From IMG/VR virus record IMGVR_UViG_3300009104_002038, positions 1 through 52,331 of that record: DNA of 52,331 nucleotides; one strand, given 5' to 3'. Shown here in pieces: positions 16,615 to 24,339 of the stretch (the stretch's first letter is position 1; every line of letters starts with the position of its first letter). The stretch is from a virus. Taxonomy: Duplodnaviria > Caudoviricetes. Position numbers and translations under genes: made by a program. The notes under the pieces were generated by a model, which worked only from the letters and a program-made list of their open reading frames with translations, was not told the DNA's origin and ran no database searches.

Positions 16615-17190
16615 CTATAGTCCACTATAAGTTTGACTCCGTGCGGAAATTTTTTTGCAAAATGGAGAAACAAAACCATCAAGCTGAGAAAAATTTTTCT
16701 CTCCTACGGTGGGCCAAGTGATCGACTCAAAGAAATAAGACCTTAAGAGCGAAGACTGTTGCTTCTCGTCTGGATTCGCTGGGCCAATTCCCTTCCGAGC
16801 CACATTAACAATTAAACCCCCGGAATCTTGCACCCATAAGGCTTCGTTTTCAAACCTTACGTCAGTAACAAATATATAAGAGTTTTTTACATTGTCGTCT
16901 GAAATTTTATCAATTAACTTGTTTATCCAGCAGCTTGGATCTATTTTGCGCCTGATATGGGTGCCGTAAGTAACTAGAAGCGGCCTAATAAGCTCTTTTT
17001 CTCTAGGGTTGGTGGTGTGAGCCGATATACCTATGTTTTTAAGTAGAAGCTCATCGCACTCGTCCTTAAGGATGTCGGCAAAAGCGTAACGACGGCATTT
17101 GTCCTCGCCGATCTTCTCCGCGCACAACTTAAAGAAAGTATCTTTGCCTGAGGTAGCGAAGCCAGTAACCCCTATGAGAGTATTATTCAT
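16615..17190 (-). CDS. deoxynucleoside monophosphate kinase
   Basis: P-loop GFATSGKDT, AFADILK, TDVRFENE. Confidence 0.85.
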   Translation of the reverse strand: MNNTLIGVTGFATSGKDTFFKLCAEKIGEDKCRRYAFADILKDECDELLLKNIGISAHTTNPREKELIRPLLVTYGTHIRRKIDPSCWINKLIDKISDDNVKNSYIFVTDVRFENEALWVQDSGGLIVNVARKGIGPANPDEKQQSSLLRSYFFESITWPTVGEKNFSQLDGFVSPFCKKISARSQTYSGL

Positions 17191-17389
17191 TTAAATCTAT
17201 ATCCATTTCAGTATTTCCATGGTCCAATAGCTCTTGAATTTTTTCCTGTAAAGCCCCGACCATTACAAAAGTATTAATGTCAAACTCATCTATATAACGA
17301 TAGACTAAATCATCTAATTCAAATCTGAAGGCGTCCGTCTGCTCGTCATAGTCTTTCGGCCCACCGATATAAAAATCATCATCGTCCAT
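17183..17389 (-). CDS. hypothetical acidic protein
   Basis: Promoter TTGAAA-N17-TATAAT at 17396-17424. Confidence 0.7.
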   Translation of the reverse strand: MDDDDFYIGGPKDYDEQTDAFRFELDDLVYRYIDEFDINTFVMVGALQEKIQELLDHGNTEMDIDLNE

Positions 17390-17460
17390 AATATTATTAT
17401 AATATATAGTCCACTAGATTTCAAGTTGGCCTGCGGAAAATTTTTTCATTTTTAGGCGCC

Positions 17461-17497
17461 AAAAAAAAGAGTCGCCCCCCATCGAGGGAGGCGACTC
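17461..17497 (-). terminator. rho-independent terminator
   Basis: GAGTCGCC..GGCGACTC hairpin followed by T8 on minus. Confidence 0.85.
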
Positions 17498-17521
17498 AGA
17501 AGTACACCGTAAAACCAAGTT

Positions 17522-17710
17522 TTAGCTCGACTTGTTTTTCCCAAGGTCCGCGAGACCTTGACCTAGAATGTAGGCGGCAATTGGACCGATGGTTTGCAAT
17601 ACAACGTCTGGCGTTAGGCCAAGATCGAAGAAGTGATTAAGGATGGGAACTGCGGCTCCAGCTACGGAGGCCCAGAACTTTTTGCTGTGCCAGAATTTCT
17701 TTTCAGACAT
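17522..17710 (-). CDS. holin-like membrane protein
   Basis: SKKFWASV..AYILGQGLAD pattern, 2 TM segments. Confidence 0.55.
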   Translation of the reverse strand: MSEKKFWHSKKFWASVAGAAVPILNHFFDLGLTPDVVLQTIGPIAAYILGQGLADLGKNKSS

Positions 17711-17719
17711 AACTTAACC

Positions 17720-17971
17720 TTACTTCTTGCTGGTGTCGCAGCAGCCCTGCTTTTGCAAAAGACCAACTAGCAGAAGAAGAGTGATAAGCCCCGCAAGACT
17801 TGCCCCTTCCCCAACGAAGCCGTTGACAATATCCTGAAGATTGCCAATGACATTCATCCCAGCAGATTCACCGAACACTATCTGTGCAAGCACAAGAAGC
17901 CCGATGATTGACGTTAATACGGCGAAGAGTCCACCAACTGCGGACTTTACTGTCTTTACTACGTTATCCAT
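17720..17971 (-). CDS. small 2-TM membrane protein
   Basis: Two hydrophobic helices. Confidence 0.7.
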   Translation of the reverse strand: MDNVVKTVKSAVGGLFAVLTSIIGLLVLAQIVFGESAGMNVIGNLQDIVNGFVGEGASLAGLITLLLLVGLLQKQGCCDTSKK

Positions 17972-17992
17972 GATTTATGTATATTGGGGTTA

Positions 17993-18661
17993 TTAAAATT
18001 TAACACTGAGACCGAGCCCCCAAATCGTTTCATTTGAACGATCATCGGAATCGGAGACTGCCACATCTGCATAAAGATTAAGATTGTCTTTTACAGTTTT
18101 ACTAGCAGTAAGCTTGGCGCCCACATAAGTACGATCCAAAGTGGTAGTGGAATCAGTATTTCCGATAACCCCAGCCAATTCGAGATCAATCACCTCTAGG
18201 GAAATCCCATGACTGAGCTGCCCTTCAAACGTGTACAGAGAGGCGTCAGTGTCCCTAAAAACGCTTACAGTCGGAGACAGGAGGGTTTCCACCTGAATGG
18301 AGGCAAAAGCCTCGAGGGTGTCCTCTGCGGCCCCCAGATCAGTATTGTAGATACCGATGTAAGCATTGAAGTTATTGTCAAAAAGAGAAGTTCCCAATCC
18401 GAGAGTCGTCTCGTCGGTGTCTGCTCCCCCAGAATCCGTGCTCTGATTGGTAAAGAAATCACCAAAAACATCTACGGACCCCAGGCCGACATTGAAGCCC
18501 ACTTGGGCCTGCAAGGCCTCTGCTGAAAGAATTTCCCCGCGACGATTGTAATCAGAGGAGTATTTTGCTCCAACATTACCTTTTACAGGGGGGGCTTCAG
18601 CAGAAGCGGCGTTAATAAAGAACCCTAAAAGGGCACTGAGTATTACTGTTGTAGTTTTCAT
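17993..18661 (-). CDS. outer-membrane beta-barrel protein
   Basis: Signal peptide, alternating amphipathic strands, C-terminal WGLGLSVKF BAM signal. Confidence 0.75.
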   Translation of the reverse strand: MKTTTVILSALLGFFINAASAEAPPVKGNVGAKYSSDYNRRGEILSAEALQAQVGFNVGLGSVDVFGDFFTNQSTDSGGADTDETTLGLGTSLFDNNFNAYIGIYNTDLGAAEDTLEAFASIQVETLLSPTVSVFRDTDASLYTFEGQLSHGISLEVIDLELAGVIGNTDSTTTLDRTYVGAKLTASKTVKDNLNLYADVAVSDSDDRSNETIWGLGLSVKF

Positions 18662-18681
18662 ATGTATTATTGTTTATGAAA

Positions 18682-19317
18682 TTATTTAATTCTTATTTCT
18701 TTCCAAGCTACCTGTTTGGCTTTAACTAAGTCCCTGATGTGTCGTTGTTTTGCGTTCAGTTGGCTTTTGCCGGTTTTTACTTCGATAACCGTAATGATTT
18801 CATCGTCAAAGGAAATATAGTCAATGGGCTGCCCCAAGAAAATACAGTTTTCTGGATCAAAATCAAATTCATCTAAAAATGGTGCTAATTTTTCGGCAAT
18901 ATTACCTAGGCGTACTTCGCTGCTTTTCTTTTGGGATAAAACTTTTTTCCGGTTTTCTGTTTCTTCTTCTAAGTTTTTTTGAACTTGATCTAAGGCTTTG
19001 GTCAGTTCTTCCTCTTTATTCTTGAGTTCAGCTTCTCGTTTTTTTACAGATTCTTGCTCAGAACTTAAAACTTCGCGCAGTCCAGTAAGATTTTTATGTA
19101 ATTGGGATTCTTTTAAGGAGTAGTCCTGAGTCTGCTTCTCGAAATTTGATTTTAACTCACTGTATTCAGATTCGCGCTCGCTTAACCTAGCGCGATGAAA
19201 TTCCGATTCATCCTTGAGCTTTTTAATCCGTTCATTTGAGAGAGCATTTAATCTTACAATAAGAACTATTAAACATATAATAGCGCAACACAGCAATATT
19301 TCAACAAAAAAATCCAT
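18682..19317 (-). CDS. membrane-anchored Holliday-junction-resolvase-like endonuclease
   Basis: TM helix, coiled coil, then FLGQPIDY..IEVKTG..QL..Q (Endonuc_Holl-type PD-(D/E)XK). Confidence 0.8.
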   Translation of the reverse strand: MDFFVEILLCCAIICLIVLIVRLNALSNERIKKLKDESEFHRARLSERESEYSELKSNFEKQTQDYSLKESQLHKNLTGLREVLSSEQESVKKREAELKNKEEELTKALDQVQKNLEEETENRKKVLSQKKSSEVRLGNIAEKLAPFLDEFDFDPENCIFLGQPIDYISFDDEIITVIEVKTGKSQLNAKQRHIRDLVKAKQVAWKEIRIK

Positions 19318-19332
19318 AAAAAGGCAAACAAA

Positions 19333-19602
19333 TCATTTCTTAGTGATCGAAACGATTCTGTCGTGCCGAAAGGATCTAACCTCATCACGGGCAAAGCAAT
19401 AAGCTTTGAAACCGGCGTTATCTCGGTTCTCGTCTTTGTTTCTGAATGAATTATACAAATCTATTTCTCCTATTAAATAAGTCTTAGTTTTGCCTTCTTC
19501 ATTTTTATATACAACAAAATATTGTTTTTTATTAACTTTATTATAGAGCTTGTTTATAAATTTTTTAAGAGATCCGATCTCTTTAAGAAGTTTTGTCATC
19601 AT
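19333..19602 (-). CDS. small WYL-like domain protein
   Basis: AYCFARDEVRSFRHDRI matches the WYL R.FR.DRI signature. Confidence 0.6.
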   Translation of the reverse strand: MMTKLLKEIGSLKKFINKLYNKVNKKQYFVVYKNEEGKTKTYLIGEIDLYNSFRNKDENRDNAGFKAYCFARDEVRSFRHDRIVSITKK

Positions 19603-19885
19603 TTGGGTCTATTCCTCGGCTTTCGCAATATGCAACGCTATATCCTACTTTAAAAGAAAATCTATCTATAAACACAATCATTCCTATAATAACATAAGGT
19701 TCCCAATTTGTCAAACTAAATTTAGTGAAAATTAACCAAATTATAACTGCAAAAGGGCAAAATTTATGTAGAGTATAATTCACTATCGCTTCAAACGTAT
19801 TGATTTTGATATTTAAGTTTTTATTTTCCACTGCTACCGAATCCTTTCTCCTGTCGAGTTGATGTATTAAGTTCTTCCACTTCAA
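19583..19885 (-). CDS. hypothetical membrane protein
   Basis: 2 TM segments; true start probably near 19830. Confidence 0.55.
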   Translation of the reverse strand: MKWKNLIHQLDRRKDSVAVENKNLNIKINTFEAIVNYTLHKFCPFAVIIWLIFTKFSLTNWEPYVIIGMIVFIDRFSFKVGYSVAYCESRGIDPNDDKTS

Positions 19886-20249
19886 TAATATCCACCGACG
19901 GCAATTTAATAAATAAAATTTGCCCTACCCTATCCCCAATTTGATAAGCTGTCTGACTATCGTCAGTAGAAAACCTTAACTTAATTTCTCCACGATAGCC
20001 ACTATCGATAACCCCTACGGAATTACGCAAAAAATGCTTTGTATTACTTATACTTGAGCGCGGAAAAACTAAACCCACATAACCTACTGGAATCTCCGCC
20101 GCAAGAGCGGTGCCCACTTCTACATAAGTGCTTAGAGAGCCAAAAGGGTGTGTTATGGATGTGGCAACCAAATCAAATCCAGCATCCCCGGGGTTGGACT
20201 GCTCTGGAATCTTGGCGATTTCGTGAAGCTTTTTAAATTTTACCTTCAT
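19821..20249 (-). CDS. dut: dUTPase (trimeric)
   Basis: AGFDL, PRSS, GVIDSGYRGE, R..GFGSSG. Confidence 0.95.
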   Translation of the reverse strand: MKVKFKKLHEIAKIPEQSNPGDAGFDLVATSITHPFGSLSTYVEVGTALAAEIPVGYVGLVFPRSSISNTKHFLRNSVGVIDSGYRGEIKLRFSTDDSQTAYQIGDRVGQILFIKLPSVDIIEVEELNTSTRQEKGFGSSGK

Positions 20250-20255
20250 TTAAAA

Positions 20256-20468
20256 TCAAAAAATTTTACGAGGCTCGGAAGTGCATACGATCCCGATGGA
20301 GCTTGCCTGGAGTGGGTCATATTCCTTTAGCATTTTGCGCAAGCGTTCAGCTCGCTCTTGGGCGCCGTACTCGGTCCTGTAGTTGCGATCTTCTATTCGG
20401 CGCCCTTGGCGCGTCACTACATAGCAGATATCTTTGTTCTTGTCAATGTTTCGGCGAGTAATTTTCAT
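20256..20468 (-). CDS. hypothetical protein
   Basis: Promoter TTGACA-N17-TAATAT at 20478-20506. Confidence 0.65.
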   Translation of the reverse strand: MKITRRNIDKNKDICYVVTRQGRRIEDRNYRTEYGAQERAERLRKMLKEYDPLQASSIGIVCTSEPRKIF

Positions 20469-20520
20469 TGTGCATACATATTAGCATAATAATTAAGATT
20501 TGTCAAGAGGAAATTATAAT

Positions 20521-20918
20521 TGGTGGAGGTGGCGGGAGTTGAACCCGCGTCCTGAGACCTTCAAGCATGTACGTCTACAAGTTTAGTTAATTTTTTTTAT
20601 AGTTATGATATTAACATCCAACTACTTGTTTCAATTATTTGCAGTTTGTGACACAAGTAAACTTTTGTCTGTTTTTGCAGATAGATGACCCCTTATCCTT
20701 TTTATCTGCGTCAAAAGGTAAGAGGTTAGCAGGTTAAGCTGCTAAGGCGAGCTTGCGGCCCTTGAAGCCGAAACGCTTCGCAGCGAGACGGTTCTTGAAA
20801 CCTAAAGCTCTAACACGGTTTTTGTTGCCATGTACAACTTTGCGCCTTTTTCCGAAGCCGGGCGCCTCTTCGACTTGCAGTGCAAGAATCCAACCTCAGT
20901 CGAATCCAGTACACCCCC
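20521..20918 (-). ncRNA. ssrA: tmRNA
   Basis: 5' GGGGGUGUACUGGAUUCGAC; 3' T-arm GCGGGUUCAACUCCCGC and CACCUCCACCA; G3-U alanine pair; tag ORF 20829-20734 ending LALAA*. Confidence 0.93.
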
Positions 20919-20953
20919 ATAAATTTTTCAAAGAACAGTTAATTATCTTACGC

Positions 20954-21256
20954 TTAAGTAACGTTTTTAAGTACAACCGCAACGCCCTCTAGGGAAATTT
21001 CCGGGGAAGAAGCATGCTCGTAGGCTTTGGCCGTTCTGTCTTCCCAGATATCTTGAAAGGGCTGATGCTCCTCAATGGCAAGTATGCGCAAGGCTCCCCC
21101 GTGAATGTGGCCGCGACGATAGGTATGCGCCAAAAAGTCTAGTGCTTCACTGGAGTGAAATACATTGTAGTATTGGATGCTCTCATTTAGGGAGCCATTG
21201 ATGCAATACCGAATGCGGTACTGCATGGGGCGTGGATGTAGTTTTTTCTTTTTCAT
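20954..21256 (-). CDS. hypothetical protein
   Basis: 100-aa ORF; YRIRY..QYYN resembles 21453-21638. Confidence 0.65.
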   Translation of the reverse strand: MKKKKLHPRPMQYRIRYCINGSLNESIQYYNVFHSSEALDFLAHTYRRGHIHGGALRILAIEEHQPFQDIWEDRTAKAYEHASSPEISLEGVAVVLKNVT

Positions 21257-21420
21257 TGCCCCATTAGATTCCAGTATCCCTTTTTGAGAATCTTAAATTG
21301 CTTCACTTTATACCACCAATAAAAGGGCATTGCAAGAGCCCAACCTGTAGAAAGTATCAGGATATTAAACCCAAACCATACCCAAAAACTGGAGAAAATA
21401 AACTCTAATGCATTAATCAT
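21253..21420 (-). CDS. small Trp/Phe-rich membrane protein (55 aa, not in ORF track)
   Basis: MINALEFIFSSFWVWFGF..; promoter TTGACA-N17-TATATT at 21428-21456; ATGA overlap downstream. Confidence 0.65.
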   Translation of the reverse strand: MINALEFIFSSFWVWFGFNILILSTGWALAMPFYWWYKVKQFKILKKGYWNLMGQ

Positions 21421-21452
21421 GCACTATAATATACCTGTAAAAGGCTAAAATG

Positions 21453-21638
21453 TCAAGTGTTTTTAGTCTTTACCACAAATACCTCTTCAATGTCTATGCT
21501 CTGAGGGCTTTCTCCGGCAAGAGATTCTTCGCATGTCGCTTTAAACATTTCGAGCGCAGTGGACTTATTAAGAGCAGTATAATACCTGACGTGCCTCTGG
21601 GGGTCTCCCCCGATCCGATAAGATACTTTGTACTTCAT
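21453..21638 (-). CDS. hypothetical protein
   Basis: 61-aa ORF abutting the upstream stop. Confidence 0.6.
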   Translation of the reverse strand: MKYKVSYRIGGDPQRHVRYYTALNKSTALEMFKATCEESLAGESPQSIDIEEVFVVKTKNT

Positions 21639-22754
21639 TTATTCTTTAATAAATTTTGTGTCGCCCTCCTGTGATGCTAGATTGGTACGCCTTGCAGCTT
21701 CGTAGAGGGCATTATAATTGTTAGTTACGTGCGTATAACGCTGACGGGTGATCTTCTTTAGGGCTTCTTCTGAAATACGAGAAGGACCGTCATCGGTAAA
21801 TAGTTTGAGGATAGCTATATCCTTGTTGGTCACATCAACTTCCCATTTGATCTGATACCCAAAGTCTGGAATGGGGCCGGAAAGATCTGCCGCATGAGCG
21901 CGAGATCCGGGACTTTTGGATTCACTCCAAGTAAAAACTGGGACGACGCCTCCCCATGTTTCATGAAAAGCTCCAACATTAATTTGTTGCTCAACAACGG
22001 CCCCGTCAATATCAGAGGGGTTTAAGGCGTCAAATAAATTGTTATAAGACAAAGGGAAACCAAAATCATGCTCCTCAAAGCAATATACATGAAGGTATTT
22101 AAATAAACGAAACGCATTCCATGAGCCATGGTCGGCATTTTTTAATACGAGGCGCTTTTGAGTGTTCTTTCCAAGCTTTTTGAAGTTTTCAAAAAATCTA
22201 TCCGCAAAATCACAATAAGCTTCATGATCTTCGGTACTAGGTTGGGAATTTAGATGTAAGGTGATCGGTGAGGAAATGTTCGGTTGCCCTCCAAGCGTAT
22301 CAAGAAACCAAGAATAAAAATCTAGTTCCTTTATAGACTTCTCAACTACGGACTCATCGTCATCTATCAGCTTACAAAACTTGTCTGGCTGAATGGACAG
22401 GGAAACGCCTTTGGTAATTGAGGTGCGACCAATTTCCTGAATGGACTCTATGAGTTCATCTTTTTTAGGTAAATCATTAATTCCAATATCAAAACTCGGA
22501 TCAGCTAAAATGCCAAAAATAGAGGTGTTGAGTCGGTAATGATCTATATTGCTGTCTCGGCAGAAATCAATAATCTTTACGGTAAGATCGAGATTGTGAA
22601 GAATATCTTTTTGCAGCCTGTTGAGCGCCGCCTTATCCCCTTCCTCAGAGGAAAGTTTTCCGTAGTCTTTGCGAGTTAGGCCAACGAAAGAATTAGAGGG
22701 GTCTTCTTCCTTTAAGACTTTTGAGACACAAATTAATCCATATTTGGTATTCAT
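21639..22754 (-). CDS. uvsE: UV-damage endonuclease (UvsE) homolog with degenerate active site
   Basis: YGLIC, HYRL, SIQPDKF, KRLVLKN, RAH and NKDIAI follow the UvsE order, but several metal ligands are substituted. Confidence 0.75.
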   Translation of the reverse strand: MNTKYGLICVSKVLKEEDPSNSFVGLTRKDYGKLSSEEGDKAALNRLQKDILHNLDLTVKIIDFCRDSNIDHYRLNTSIFGILADPSFDIGINDLPKKDELIESIQEIGRTSITKGVSLSIQPDKFCKLIDDDESVVEKSIKELDFYSWFLDTLGGQPNISSPITLHLNSQPSTEDHEAYCDFADRFFENFKKLGKNTQKRLVLKNADHGSWNAFRLFKYLHVYCFEEHDFGFPLSYNNLFDALNPSDIDGAVVEQQINVGAFHETWGGVVPVFTWSESKSPGSRAHAADLSGPIPDFGYQIKWEVDVTNKDIAILKLFTDDGPSRISEEALKKITRQRYTHVTNNYNALYEAARRTNLASQEGDTKFIKE

Positions 22755-22775
22755 TAAAGATGAGTACACATAAAA

Positions 22776-23048
22776 TCATATAAGATCTACTTCATCATCC
22801 GGCGGAAGAGATGAATCGGAATCGGCCTCTCCTGTATCGGCGGGAGCTTGGCCGAGTTCCTTTTGGCGATAAACTCGAAAGTCAGGGGCCTTGGCATTCT
22901 CTTCCTTGAATTTGTTCTTGAATACAATAACTTTCTCGCCATTGATGTGGCCAGTAAGATATTTTTCTCCACCGCCTTGCTTTGAATTGACCCAAAGGGC
23001 TCCAAGTTCACGGTCATTCCATTGATTTTCTTCTTTGTTTTCACTCAT
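22776..23048 (-). CDS. DUF736-like / putative ssDNA-binding protein
   Basis: LGALW..YLTG..VFKN..PDFRVY plus acidic tail. Confidence 0.6.
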   Translation of the reverse strand: MSENKEENQWNDRELGALWVNSKQGGGEKYLTGHINGEKVIVFKNKFKEENAKAPDFRVYRQKELGQAPADTGEADSDSSLPPDDEVDLI

Positions 23049-23067
23049 AGTATTTATGTATGTTATA

Positions 23068-23304
23068 TTACTTTAAAACTGATCCTTCTACTACTTCTAG
23101 TTCATCTAGTAATTCAAAAAGTTCTTTTAATAGTTTGGAGGATTTCTGTTGCGCTTCTATAAACTGTGGATTCTTGGATATCTCGGTAATTTTTTTCATA
23201 TCCGGAGAATGTGGGTTTATTCCCTTAAGTAAAGGGCCACTGGAGCGGCTAATAACCTTGTACTCTTGAGCCTTATCTATGATTTTAACCCTAAGATCTT
23301 CCAT
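23068..23304 (-). CDS. hypothetical protein
   Basis: 78-aa ORF. Confidence 0.6.
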   Translation of the reverse strand: MEDLRVKIIDKAQEYKVISRSSGPLLKGINPHSPDMKKITEISKNPQFIEAQQKSSKLLKELFELLDELEVVEGSVLK

Positions 23305-23423
23305 GTCTAATTAAAATTTACGGATTTCTCCACCTTTACTCACTAAAAGCAACCCCAAAAATATCATGGCGCCAAGCGCAAAAATGGGATCCTGAACCAA
23401 TGAAGCTGTAATAATTGTACTCA

Positions 23424-23963
23424 TTATCTGTATTCCTTTCTTAGTAATCTCCATCTGTCGGAGTCGATTTCTTTATTGCCATTATCTATAGCATACAACA
23501 TTTCTACGACTTCGTCAAGTGAATTATAAATATATTTGTGAGGAAACATTCCTAGCATCCAAAGCGGAGCCTTAGCTTTACCGCCCTCCATACTGACGAA
23601 AATGGGCTTTTTCATGCGCACGGCAGTCACAATTTCCTCGGCTGAACCCCAACTGGCAACGTCGGGTACAAGATGAGCTATAATAAAGTCACTGCGATCC
23701 ACTAAATTTAAATCATAAGACCTTACGGTTTTCATTCTATCGGTAACGCGGTCATACTGCTTGGTTTTCATCCAAGCTTCCATTTCTTGGCGCGAAGCCT
23801 CATCTTCTTCTACGTCTTTTATAAATGGCTTTCTGTAGGGGTCAAAGCAAGTAATGTTTAGCTTCCATAGTTTCTCGGTAATCTCTTGGCGCCAGTCTCT
23901 GCCGCTGAGATACTGCATATGACCAACTAAGTAAGTCTTTGTTTTCTTTAACAAATTCAACAT
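23424..23963 (-). CDS. nucleoside 2-deoxyribosyltransferase-like protein
   Basis: YLVGHM, FDP, DL..VDRSDFIIA, SWGSAEE, KPIF; promoter TTGACA-N17-TAGAGT at 23970-23998. Confidence 0.75.
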   Translation of the reverse strand: MLNLLKKTKTYLVGHMQYLSGRDWRQEITEKLWKLNITCFDPYRKPFIKDVEEDEASRQEMEAWMKTKQYDRVTDRMKTVRSYDLNLVDRSDFIIAHLVPDVASWGSAEEIVTAVRMKKPIFVSMEGGKAKAPLWMLGMFPHKYIYNSLDEVVEMLYAIDNGNKEIDSDRWRLLRKEYR

Positions 23964-24075
23964 GCCTATACTCTATCAAAAAAGAAAGAATATGTCAAGG
24001 AAAATTTATGGTGCGTCGGCGACAAAGGCCGCGCCGACCTTCAAGGTTCCATCATTCGTTCCAGGGTTGGCCTTA

Positions 24076-24336
24076 TCAGCTTACTTTATTGGTAAGGTCA
24101 GCGACATGGTATATGTGGGACTTGCTCCCCGCAACATCCGTGCCCACGGTAGCTGTAGCGCAATAAAGTTTTCCGGTAACCTGGGTTTCTCCCCCATTGA
24201 GCCCGGTTACCAAAAAGAGTTCGCCCAGAACGCTATCCCCCGTGGCATTATTAATATCGCTACCCGTACGTATTTTAATCCGGAATCCGTGATCGTCTAA
24301 GTATTGGCCGCTGTAGCCTATATCTGGGTTTTGCAT
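24076..24336 (-). CDS. small virion-associated/hypothetical protein
   Basis: Follows the fibre genes in the same operon. Confidence 0.6.
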   Translation of the reverse strand: MQNPDIGYSGQYLDDHGFRIKIRTGSDINNATGDSVLGELFLVTGLNGGETQVTGKLYCATATVGTDVAGSKSHIYHVADLTNKVS

Positions 24337-24339
24337 GTT

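Noticed and set aside
16297-16620. Plus-strand 107-aa Phe-rich ORF
   Set aside because: Shadow of two Lys-rich minus-strand ORFs that tile the gap with start/stop overlaps.
20521-20552. tRNA gene
   Set aside because: It is the 3' tRNA-like half of tmRNA; no anticodon arm.
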